A DNA stretch of 64,000 nucleotides, from the NCBI GenBank assembly GCA_965215185.1, contig OZ244034.1, forward strand, positions 1,504,001-1,568,000. Reading direction: 5' to 3'. Of the stretch, positions 41,695 to 50,665 are shown piece by piece. The notes below the pieces were generated by a model. That model was not told the DNA's origin. It did not search any database and worked only from the letters and a program-made list of their open reading frames with translations. The stretch comes from Acidimicrobiia bacterium. Lineage in GTDB: Bacteria > Actinomycetota > Acidimicrobiia > Spongiisociales > ZC4RG35. Each line of letters opens with the position of its first letter. The stretch's first letter is position 1. Both the position numbers and the translations under genes were made by a program.

Positions 41695-42681
41695 CTACGC
41701 GCAAGCCGGTGCGTCGGATGACCAGCGGTTGTAAGACGGATCGTTTTCCCTGGCTAGACGCTCGCGGGTATCTCTCCATTCCTGTGCCCACACCTGCGCG
41801 TCGCGAAGCTCCGCCTCCGGGTGGGCCCTGCTCCGCGCCACGAATCCGGGAAACGCCGCTCTCCCGGTATGCTGGCCAACAGGGTTGTAGCGCAGGTCAA
41901 GGCTCCACCTGATCCGGTCGCTGTTGTTCGGCAGCGAACCGTGGCAGGTCAGCCGATGCATGAACAGCACGCTCCCTCGCCGCATCGGTATAGGAAGGGC
42001 GTCCCTGATCCGGAACATCTCGTCCGGTATCTGGAGCCCGGACGGCGAGGTCGCTGTGCCTCCCGGACAGTGCTGGTACAGCCCTTCAATGTGGCTTCGC
42101 GGCACCAGATGGAGGCAACCGGCCTCCTCGTCAGCGCCCCAGACCGGAATCCAGACGGTCAGTATGTCCGTGTCGTCCGCCTCCTCCGTCACGACTCCCC
42201 CGTCCTGGTGCCAAGGTGTCGCTCCCAACTGGACGCCGCCCGTTTCTGGATTGACCGGGGTGAGCGCTTCGGGCAGTTTGAGCCGCACGTGCTGCGTCGG
42301 GTTCGAATAGATCTCCGGCCCAATGATCGACTCCACTGCGTCCAACAGCGGCAACGCCGTTAGTACGTCGAACACCGCTGGCCCATGCCACATAGGGGTG
42401 TCATACGTGATGTTCTTTTGTGGAAGCGAGAAGTCGAAGTACTGGGTGTGGACCTTGCCGCTTTTCTGGTAGATCCTGGTCAGACGCTCGCCGAACTCAA
42501 TCCCGTCGTACGTGGATGGGATTGCTCCTTCTTCGTGCAGTTCACGGGCAAGGTTGTCCAGCACCGCGCCGTACTCGGCCTCCAGCGGATCGAGCACCCC
42601 CTCCGGGTCGATCACGTCCTCTACGACGACGTAGCCCTCTTGGTGGAAATGCTCCAGTTGTTCGTCATTGAGCCGTGTCAT
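41695..42681 (-). CDS. Phytanoyl-CoA dioxygenase (PhyH) family Fe(II)/2OG oxygenase
   Basis: FHQEGYVVV, PWHQD (HxD), GCLHLVPRSH, HGSLPN...RWS. Confidence 0.92.
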   Translation of the reverse strand: MTRLNDEQLEHFHQEGYVVVEDVIDPEGVLDPLEAEYGAVLDNLARELHEEGAIPSTYDGIEFGERLTRIYQKSGKVHTQYFDFSLPQKNITYDTPMWHGPAVFDVLTALPLLDAVESIIGPEIYSNPTQHVRLKLPEALTPVNPETGGVQLGATPWHQDGGVVTEEADDTDILTVWIPVWGADEEAGCLHLVPRSHIEGLYQHCPGGTATSPSGLQIPDEMFRIRDALPIPMRRGSVLFMHRLTCHGSLPNNSDRIRWSLDLRYNPVGQHTGRAAFPGFVARSRAHPEAELRDAQVWAQEWRDTRERLARENDPSYNRWSSDAPACA

Positions 42682-43019
42682 ACAACAACGCCCCCGGCGG
42701 GATTCCGAGATGTCGGAATTGTGTCCACTACGACGGTCAAAATCCTAGTGATGCGACTCGGCACATGCCAACGAGGCTAGTGGAAGCGCACCTGGAGACG
42801 TTCGCTGCACACTGGGGCACCCCTCTAGCTTCGTTTATGAAGGCTCTTGTATGTAGGCGTGTGGCGCCCAAATATGGAGAGGGGTGGCAGCCGGTGTGCT
42901 TGCCCATCGCTTGGGACGCAATCGGCACGGGCCAAACGCTCAGGCCCGGGACAGCATATTTGTATAGTGGCGTATAGTTCCGGTGAGGGCTTCAGGACTC
43001 GAGACAGGAAAGGAGCCCC

Positions 43020-44600
43020 TTGCAGTACGGTTTCGTTATCGACCAGACGGCCTGTATCGGCTGTCACGCCTGTACGGTGGCGTGCAAGACCGAGCACGAT
43101 GTTCCGCTCGGCGTGAACCGCACTTGGGTGAAATACATCGAGGCGGGAACCTGGCCCGACACCAAGCGGTCGTTCTCGGTAATGAGGTGCAACCACTGCT
43201 CCGACGCCCCTTGCGTGTCGATCTGCCCTACTGGCGCCCTCTTCCGCCGGCCTGACGGAATCGTCGACTTCGATACCAGCCTGTGTATCGGCTGCAAGAG
43301 TTGCATGCAGGCCTGTCCCTACGACGCGCTGTACATCGATCCCCTGGACCATACCGCCCAGAAGTGCAACTACTGCGTGCACCGCGTCGAGGTGGGACTG
43401 GAACCCGCCTGCGTGGTGGTGTGCCCCGAAGGCGCCATAATTTCGGGCGACGTCGACGATCCGACCACGCCGATCTCGCGCCTCCTGGCCGCCGAGCAAC
43501 TGCTTCAGCGGTCCCCGGAGCAGGGTACGAGGCCCAACCTCTGGTACCGGGGAGTGGAGAAAGCCGCTATCGACCCCTTGGGCGCCGTCGACCCAGGGGA
43601 CGGGGGAATCTGGCGTGACCCGGCCCCGTCGTTCATGACGATCGACCTGACCCCGTCGACAGCGAGGCGGGACAACGGAGGGAGTAGAAAGTTTGTTCCG
43701 TCACATCACGAACGGGCCGATGACCCTCCTCGGGTCGTGTACAACACCGACCACCCGATGCCGTGGGGATGGCGGGTGTCGAGTTACTTCCTCACCAAAG
43801 GGATCTCGGCGGGGATCGTCATGGCGCTGGCGCTGTCACTTCTCTTCGGGGCCGACCCCCAGAGCGCTTTCGCCAGGTGGGGCGCTCCGCTTATAGCCGG
43901 GATCTTCCTCGCCCTCACCGGCGTGCTGCTGGTGGCGGACCTCAAGCGGCCCGACCGCTTCTACTACCTCATGACGAAGGGAAAGACTGGATCATGGCTG
44001 GTGAAGGGTGCCTGGATACTCACCGCCGATGCGGTGATCCTCGGTCTGTGGTTCTTGTTCGGTCTCACCGGCGCCAGTTTCGTCCCGGTGTTCATCTGGG
44101 CGGCGGCGGCGGTCGGCTTGGGGGTAGCCGGCTACACCGCTTTCCTGTTCGGCCAGGCGGAGGGCCGGGATCTCTGGCAGAGTCCGACGCTGTTGTGGCA
44201 CATGCTGGCCGGGGCGCTGGCGGTGGGCGGCGGTGCGGGGCTGCTGGCCGCCGGGATTTTCGATCTCGGGGTTTCGTCCCGGCGGGCTTTCTCCTGGGCT
44301 CTGGTTGTCGGTGCGGCAGCGCTCGCCCTCGTCGCCACAGTCGAGATTGTCTCCAAGCATCCAACCGCCAATCACGCCGCGGGCATGCATCACTTGACAA
44401 AGGGCGCCTATGCAAGGGAGTGGTGGCTCGGAGGACAGGTGATCGGAGTGGTGGCGTCCTTGGGGCTGGGCGTGGCATTCTTGTTCGGCGCGGGCGTCCC
44501 GCTCTGGGTATCTCAACTGGGAGGACTGGCAGCCCTGGTCGGCATCTGGTTCGCCGACGACGCCTTCGTCAAGGCGGGCCAGAGCGTGCCCCTGTCGTGA
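43020..44600 (+). CDS. Fused 4Fe-4S dicluster (NrfC/DmsB-like) and NrfD/PsrC membrane subunit
   Basis: Four Cys clusters (CIGCHAC, CNHC..PC, CIGCKSC, CNYC...PAC), PWGWRV, DLKRPDRF, about 8 TM helices; TTG start after AAAGGAG. Confidence 0.9.
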   Translation: MQYGFVIDQTACIGCHACTVACKTEHDVPLGVNRTWVKYIEAGTWPDTKRSFSVMRCNHCSDAPCVSICPTGALFRRPDGIVDFDTSLCIGCKSCMQACPYDALYIDPLDHTAQKCNYCVHRVEVGLEPACVVVCPEGAIISGDVDDPTTPISRLLAAEQLLQRSPEQGTRPNLWYRGVEKAAIDPLGAVDPGDGGIWRDPAPSFMTIDLTPSTARRDNGGSRKFVPSHHERADDPPRVVYNTDHPMPWGWRVSSYFLTKGISAGIVMALALSLLFGADPQSAFARWGAPLIAGIFLALTGVLLVADLKRPDRFYYLMTKGKTGSWLVKGAWILTADAVILGLWFLFGLTGASFVPVFIWAAAAVGLGVAGYTAFLFGQAEGRDLWQSPTLLWHMLAGALAVGGGAGLLAAGIFDLGVSSRRAFSWALVVGAAALALVATVEIVSKHPTANHAAGMHHLTKGAYAREWWLGGQVIGVVASLGLGVAFLFGAGVPLWVSQLGGLAALVGIWFADDAFVKAGQSVPLS

Positions 44601-44622
44601 ACGAAAAGGAAAGTCACCGAAC

Positions 44623-47367
44623 ATGACCAAACCACCGGAACAGCCCCCTTCGGACCGACTGCCTCGACTGGTTCCCGGGATGGGTCTCGTGTCCTTCCCA
44701 CCCACCAAATCGTGGGATGACTGGGAGGAGTACGACGCCAAGGCGTGGCCCGATCGGGTCAAACGCCGGTACCGCCTGGTGCCGACCACCTGTTTCAACT
44801 GCGAGGCCGGGTGCGGGTTGCTGGCCTACGTTGACAAGGACAGCGGCAAGGTCCGGCGTTTCGAGGGCAACCCCGAGCACCCGGGGTCGAGAGGTCGCAA
44901 TTGCGCGAAGGGTCCGGCGACCCTGAATCAGATGTACGACCCGGAGCGGATTCTTCACCCGCTACGCAGATCCGGGCCGCGAGGCGGGGGCGAATGGGAG
45001 CAGGTCTCCTGGGAGGAGGCGCTCGGGGATATATCGTCGCGAATCCGGAGGGCGCTGATCGAGGACCGTCACGACGAGATCATGTACCACGTGGGACGGC
45101 CAGGAGAGGACGGCTTCATGGAACGGGTCCTGCGGTCCTGGGGGGTGGACGGGCACAATACCCACACCAACATCTGCTCGTCGGGGGCCCGCACCGGCTA
45201 CGCCATGTGGATGGGTTACGACCGCCCCTCCGCCGATTTCGCCAATGCCCGGTTCATCCTTCTTCTTTCCGCCCAGCTCGAGTCCGGTCACTACTTCAAC
45301 CCTCACGCCCAACGGATCATCGAGGCTCGGCAGGCGGGGGCGAAGTTGGCCACCATCGATCCGCGCCTCTCCAACACCGCATCGATGTCCGACTACTGGC
45401 TCTCGCCATGGCCCGGTACCGAAGCGGCGATGTTGCTGGCCATCGCGGCCCGGCTGCTGGAGTGGGACGCCGTCGACCATGACTACGTCCGCAAGTGGGT
45501 CAACTGGGAGGCTTCGCTGCAAGCGCGGGCGCCCGAGCGGCCCCGCACCTACGAGAGCTTTGTCGAGTTGCTGCGGGAAACCTATGCCGCCTACACGATC
45601 GAGTTCGCCGCCGAGGAAAGCGGCGTCGACGCCTGGCGTATCGAAGCCGTGGCCCGGGGTATAGCCGACGCCGGATCCCGTTTCGCCTCCCACACCTGGA
45701 GATCCGCCGGATCGGGCAACCTGGGAGGCTGGCAGGTGGCTCGCTGCCTCTTCTTCCTGCACGTGCTGACCGGGTCGGTCGGAACGGAAGGTGGTACCTC
45801 CCCGAGCGCTTGGGACAAGTTCAAGCCCGACCACTGGAACACGCCGCCCCCGGCCAATCGTTGGAACGAAATGATCTGGCCGGGCGAGTTCCCCCTCAGT
45901 CACTACGAGATGAGTTACCTGCTGCCTCACTTCCTGAAGGAAGGGAGGGGGCGTCTGGATGTCTACTTCACCCGGACCTACAACCCCGTGTGGACCAACC
46001 CCGACGGGTTCACCTGGATCGAGGCCCTCACCGACGAGGACCGGGTCGGCCTTCATGTGGCGCTCACCCCCACCTGGTCGGAGTCAGCGTGGTTCGCCGA
46101 CTACGTACTGCCCATGGGGGTCAGCTCCGAACGGCACGACACCCACTCCTACGAGACCCACGCGGCTCGGTGGCTGGGGTTCCGCCAGCCGGTGCTCCGG
46201 GTGGCCGGAGAGCGGGCCGGGAACCAGTACGAGCGCACCTACGAGGCCAACCCGGGAGAGGTGTGGGAGGAGAACGAATTCTGGATTGACCTGTCGTGGC
46301 GGATCGATCCCGATGGGTCGCTCGGGATCCGCAAGTGGTACGAGTCTCCCAACGACCCGTCCCGCCCCATCAGTGTCGACGAGTACTACGGGTGGATGTT
46401 CGACAACTCGGTTCCCGGACTTCCCGAAACGGCCAACCAGGAAGGCCTCACTCCGCTGCAGTACATGCGCAAGTACGGCGCATACGAGATCGACCGTGAC
46501 CGGTACCTTTTGAATGAAGCGGCGGCAGCCCCCGATGAGCCCGGCGTGGAGGTCGACGGAGAACGCAAAAGCGGCTTCACTTCCCCCTCCCGTCTCCTGG
46601 AATGGCACTCGGAGACGCTCAAGGACTGGAACTGGCCCGATGCGACCATCCCCACCTACCTCAAGTCCCATGTCTACTGGCGGGATCTCGACCTGGAGGG
46701 CAACCAGCGCATCCTGCTTCCAACCTTCCGACTCCCCACCCTGATCCATACCCGATCGGGCAACGCCAAATACCTGTACGAGATCAGTCACGGTCACCCG
46801 CTGTGGATGAACCCGATCGACGCCGACCAACTCGGATTCGACACCGGCGACCTGGTCCGGATCAGCACCGACATCGGCTACTTTATCATGCGGGCCTGGC
46901 GCACCGAGGGCTTGCGACCCGGAGTGGTGGCGGCCTCCCATCACATGGGCCGCTGGCGGCTGGACCCCAAGATAGGCAACGAGCGCTGGTCATCGGCCCT
47001 GGTTGACATCGGACGCAGCGACGGCGGGTGGCTACTGCGGCACAAGTCGGGTATCGAACCCTTCAAGTCGGACGATCCCGACAGCGAGCGCATCTGGTGG
47101 CGGGACCCGGGAGTGCACCAGAACCTGGCCTTCCCCGTACATCCCGACCCGGTGTCGGGCATGCACGCCTGGCACCAGCGGGTCCGCCTCACGGCGGCCG
47201 AAAAAGGGGACCGCTATGGGGATGTCTTTGTCGACACCGAAAGATCCCACCAGATCTACCGCGAGTGGATGGACAATACCCGTCCCGGACCTGGGCCCGG
47301 GGGCCTGCGCCGGCCCCGTTGGCTCGGCAGGCCACTGCCGCCTCTTCCCGACGCCTACCAGACCTGA
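44623..47367 (+). CDS. Molybdopterin-dependent oxidoreductase catalytic subunit (DMSO reductase superfamily)
   Basis: CFNCEAGC...NCAKG Fe-S motif, ERILHPLRR, HTNICSS, ADYVLP, C-terminal molydop-binding domain; no twin-arginine signal seen. Confidence 0.92.
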   Translation: MTKPPEQPPSDRLPRLVPGMGLVSFPPTKSWDDWEEYDAKAWPDRVKRRYRLVPTTCFNCEAGCGLLAYVDKDSGKVRRFEGNPEHPGSRGRNCAKGPATLNQMYDPERILHPLRRSGPRGGGEWEQVSWEEALGDISSRIRRALIEDRHDEIMYHVGRPGEDGFMERVLRSWGVDGHNTHTNICSSGARTGYAMWMGYDRPSADFANARFILLLSAQLESGHYFNPHAQRIIEARQAGAKLATIDPRLSNTASMSDYWLSPWPGTEAAMLLAIAARLLEWDAVDHDYVRKWVNWEASLQARAPERPRTYESFVELLRETYAAYTIEFAAEESGVDAWRIEAVARGIADAGSRFASHTWRSAGSGNLGGWQVARCLFFLHVLTGSVGTEGGTSPSAWDKFKPDHWNTPPPANRWNEMIWPGEFPLSHYEMSYLLPHFLKEGRGRLDVYFTRTYNPVWTNPDGFTWIEALTDEDRVGLHVALTPTWSESAWFADYVLPMGVSSERHDTHSYETHAARWLGFRQPVLRVAGERAGNQYERTYEANPGEVWEENEFWIDLSWRIDPDGSLGIRKWYESPNDPSRPISVDEYYGWMFDNSVPGLPETANQEGLTPLQYMRKYGAYEIDRDRYLLNEAAAAPDEPGVEVDGERKSGFTSPSRLLEWHSETLKDWNWPDATIPTYLKSHVYWRDLDLEGNQRILLPTFRLPTLIHTRSGNAKYLYEISHGHPLWMNPIDADQLGFDTGDLVRISTDIGYFIMRAWRTEGLRPGVVAASHHMGRWRLDPKIGNERWSSALVDIGRSDGGWLLRHKSGIEPFKSDDPDSERIWWRDPGVHQNLAFPVHPDPVSGMHAWHQRVRLTAAEKGDRYGDVFVDTERSHQIYREWMDNTRPGPGPGGLRRPRWLGRPLPPLPDAYQT

Positions 47368-47471
47368 GGGGCCCTACGACACTCGACAAGCCATGCGCAT
47401 GGCCGAGAAGCGACTCACACCCTGTCGAGGCAGGGGTTAACCAACACCCAAGGGTTGTTCCGGTCCCAAAG

Positions 47472-48080
47472 TCACGTCTGGTTTGGTTGCTGGGAGAGCA
47501 TGTTCGCCAGTGCCCGCAGGGCACGTCCCCGATGCGAAATCCGGTTTTTCTCGGTGGCTGTCATCTCGGCCAGAGTCCGCTCCCCCACTTCAAACACCGG
47601 GTCGTATCCGAACCCGCCCTCCCCTCTGGCAACTCGCGTGATCCTGCCTACCAGGACACCCTCGGCCACCAAGAACCGTCCGTTTGGCCACGCCAGCACA
47701 GCGACGGTGCGAAATCGCGCAGACCGATCCAACTTGCCGTCCATCTGCCTGAGCAACTGAGCAGTGTTGTGGTCATAGGTGACGTTCTCTCCGGCATACC
47801 GGGCCGAACGCACCCCCGGAGCTCCTCCCAGAGACTTCACCTCGAGACCGGTGTCGTCCGCTAAGGCTGCAATGCCCGTAGCCTCGACCACCGCCCTGGC
47901 TTTGAGCAGCGCGTTTTCCTCCAGAGTCTCTCCCGTCTCCTCCACGTCGTCCCAGGTGAGGCCGCTGACAATCCGGCCCCCAACCCCAAGTTCCAGCCAG
48001 ATCTTTTCGACCTCAGCGATCTTGTCAGGATTGGCCGACGCTACCACCAGCCGGTCCGGCGCCGAGTTCACTGTATTCAC
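47472..48080 (-). CDS. rdgB: Non-canonical purine NTP pyrophosphatase
   Basis: ASANPDK, ENALLKA, ADDTGL, GFGYDPVF, KNRISHRGRA. Confidence 0.96.
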   Translation of the reverse strand: MNTVNSAPDRLVVASANPDKIAEVEKIWLELGVGGRIVSGLTWDDVEETGETLEENALLKARAVVEATGIAALADDTGLEVKSLGGAPGVRSARYAGENVTYDHNTAQLLRQMDGKLDRSARFRTVAVLAWPNGRFLVAEGVLVGRITRVARGEGGFGYDPVFEVGERTLAEMTATEKNRISHRGRALRALANMLSQQPNQT

Positions 48081-48790
48081 GACAGGGGGAAGTCAACGGC
48101 TTGCCTCTGTACGGATAGCAATTCAGAGATCCCCTCCTGGGCAAGATCCAACATCTGACTGAGGTCGGCACGGTCGAACAGGGCGCCCTCGGCGCTTCCC
48201 TGCACCTCCACCAGCAGTCCCCTGCCCGACATCACCACATTCATATCCACATCAGCGGTACTGTCATCCGCATAATCCAGGTCGAGAACCACCTCTCCCG
48301 CGACGAGCCCCACCGACACTGCCGCCACCTGATCGAAACCCGCCTCGACATGGGCCATACCTTGCCCAGCCGCCCATCGCAGCGCCTCGGTCATAGCTAA
48401 CCACGCGCCGTTGATCGCCGCTGTCCTGGTTCCTCCATCGGCCTGGATCACGTCACAATCCACCCGGATGGCGAACTCCCCCATAGTCTTCAGATTCACC
48501 ACCGACCGAAGCGAGCGACCTACCAGCCGGGAGATTTCGAGGGCCCGTCCCCGCTGATAGTGATCCCGGCGGACTCTCTGGCTGGAGGACCCGGGGAGCA
48601 TCGCGTATTCGGCGGTCACCCACCCATGACCCCGGCCCGTAATCCACGGAGGGCGCCTTTCTTCCACCGTGGCTGTGCACAACACCATTGTGCTACCCAT
48701 TTCGATCAGAACCGACCCGGGGGTGGCGTCGGTGAAGCCCATCTGCAGCCGGACGGGCCGCAGTTCGTCAAACGGTCGTTTTCTTGTCAT
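48077..48790 (-). CDS. rph: Ribonuclease PH
   Basis: GWVTAEYAMLP, EISRLVGRSLR, QADGGTRTA, DVDMNVVM. Confidence 0.96.
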   Translation of the reverse strand: MTRKRPFDELRPVRLQMGFTDATPGSVLIEMGSTMVLCTATVEERRPPWITGRGHGWVTAEYAMLPGSSSQRVRRDHYQRGRALEISRLVGRSLRSVVNLKTMGEFAIRVDCDVIQADGGTRTAAINGAWLAMTEALRWAAGQGMAHVEAGFDQVAAVSVGLVAGEVVLDLDYADDSTADVDMNVVMSGRGLLVEVQGSAEGALFDRADLSQMLDLAQEGISELLSVQRQAVDFPLS

Positions 48791-48813
48791 GTCCCACCAG
48801 GGTGTAGCGAACG

Positions 48814-49563
48814 CTATATACGATAAGCGGCGCCGGGCACCGCCAGTGCCACCGGCCGGTCGAATGTGCGCTCCGCGGCCGATACCGCCCGTGGAGAGTC
48901 GATGTGGGGTGGAATGTGGGTGAGCATCAGCCGCCTAGCCCGTTGCTCTCGGGCAATTTGACCAGCCCTCTCCGCGGATAGGTGATAAGACATTACCCGC
49001 GAGTACGGTTCGGCGCCCATGGAAGCCTCGCACAAGAACAAGTGGGCATCCCGGACAAGTCTGGGCCAGTCGCCCTTGGGACCGGTGTCGGCCGAATAAG
49101 CCATCGCCCGATGGCCATCGCTCCACCGGGAAGCGACAGTGGGAACCGGATGGTCGGCCTTTGCGAAGGAGACCTGCAGACCCCCGATGGTGATCTGTTC
49201 CCCGTCGGCGACGATACGCAGGTCGAACACCTCGGCAAACCGACCGTCGGAGTCCTGGCTTAGAAAGGCCAAGATGGCCGGGAAAACCTCGTCGGGGGCG
49301 TACAGGGGGATAGCCCGACGCGGGTTGGGACCGTAGGCGAAAGCATGATAGGCCGAGATCAGATCCATGCAGTGGTCGGGATGACGGTGGGAAACCACCA
49401 CTGCATCCAAGAGATCAAGGTCAAGACAGCGGGTCAATGCGGCAAAAGTTCCAGGCCCCGCGTCACACCAGACGCGGGTGCTTCCAGCCTCGATCAGATA
49501 CCCGGAAGCAGGATTGGAAGGCGCCGGATAGGTGCCGCTTGATCCGAGGATGGTCAGGCGCAT
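48814..49563 (-). CDS. MBL-fold metallohydrolase (RNase Z/BN-like)
   Basis: MRLTILGSSGTYP, SHRHPDH, YSADTG, LTHIPP; usual neighbour of rph in actinobacteria. Confidence 0.9.
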   Translation of the reverse strand: MRLTILGSSGTYPAPSNPASGYLIEAGSTRVWCDAGPGTFAALTRCLDLDLLDAVVVSHRHPDHCMDLISAYHAFAYGPNPRRAIPLYAPDEVFPAILAFLSQDSDGRFAEVFDLRIVADGEQITIGGLQVSFAKADHPVPTVASRWSDGHRAMAYSADTGPKGDWPRLVRDAHLFLCEASMGAEPYSRVMSYHLSAERAGQIAREQRARRLMLTHIPPHIDSPRAVSAAERTFDRPVALAVPGAAYRI

Positions 49564-49921
49564 TATGGGACAGACTAGGGTGAGTTGCTTCTGAGACGTA
49601 GCGACACATCGGGTTAATACCAAAGTCTGGTGGGATTCGGAGGTGGATCCTGTTGCTTGGTTACCACATCGGGTAGGAGAGGGCGCCATCGTGGATAATT
49701 GTCATGCCTACCGGTGCCGGTTGGAAGTTTTGCCCTTGGCCCAGAGTTGGAAACGTGGGTGCTGCATGTATCGGCGGAAGTACCAACTGGAGCAGTACAG
49801 ATTCGCTTTCCGAAGACAGGGGGCCGCGTTCGGCAGTAGCCCTTCGCTGCACAGTTTCTTTACAGAGTCCCTGTAGAAACAGCCACTAAGGTGAGAGACA
49901 CGAGTCAAGGAGAGTGAGAAA

Positions 49922-50665
49922 ATGAACTTGTCCAGGACCCTCCGTTGCGGGCTGTCAATCGCCGGACTGACGGTGGTTTTCCTCTTCTTTGTCGCCGCTT
50001 GTGGAGGGGAATCCACCCCCGCTCCCGTGCCAGACGTTGATTTGGGCGAATTGCTTTCCAGTGCGGGAGAGAAAATGGCTGCCATGTCGACGGCGAAATT
50101 CAGCATGATCGACGAAAAGGAATCGGGAGCCAAGTTCTTTGGGACAACTTTCAAGAGCATGGAAACAGAAGTAGAGGCTCCCGACAGCTTCAGGATGGTG
50201 GTGGACGTGGAGGCGCCGGGTTTTGGATTTGTGGAGATCGAAATGTTGGCGGTCGGAGACCAGGCCTACATGAAGCTCTCCAAGGACGCGCCGTGGAACC
50301 CCTTGCCCTTGGACCAAGTGCCTTTCAATTTCGCGGGGTTGGGCTTCACCTTGCGCGATCTGCTTACCACGATCAAGGACGGCGCCACCATTACTGGCCG
50401 GGAGTCCGTGCTGGACACCCAGACCATTCGGGTTGAGGCGAACCTTGTTTCTGACCAGTTGTCATCCCTCCTCTCGACCGTGGATTCGGGTCACGCGGTG
50501 GCCTTGACCTTGTGGATTGACGAAACCGAACACGCTTTGCGGCAGATAAAGATCGCGGGCCGCATCTACGACGACGACGCCCCGGAAACCATCCGTATTC
50601 TAACCATTGTTGGTATTGACGTTCCTGTCGACATCCAACTTCCGGATGTCGGATCCGGGTCGTGA
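49922..50665 (+). CDS. LppX/LprAFG-family lipoprotein
   Basis: Lipobox VAAC, LWIDE, C-terminal PVDIQLP; overlaps the MFS start. Confidence 0.75.
   Translation: MNLSRTLRCGLSIAGLTVVFLFFVAACGGESTPAPVPDVDLGELLSSAGEKMAAMSTAKFSMIDEKESGAKFFGTTFKSMETEVEAPDSFRMVVDVEAPGFGFVEIEMLAVGDQAYMKLSKDAPWNPLPLDQVPFNFAGLGFTLRDLLTTIKDGATITGRESVLDTQTIRVEANLVSDQLSSLLSTVDSGHAVALTLWIDETEHALRQIKIAGRIYDDDAPETIRILTIVGIDVPVDIQLPDVGSGS

Noticed and set aside
42174-42184. CGTCCGCCTCC matches the tRNA-Sec 3' end (possible attR)
   Set aside because: Only 11 bp, GC-rich and inside the intact PhyH coding sequence; probably chance.
49564-49921. Short ORFs or ncRNA in the MBL/lipoprotein divergent gap
   Set aside because: No recognisable protein motif, RBS or RNA family signature by eye.
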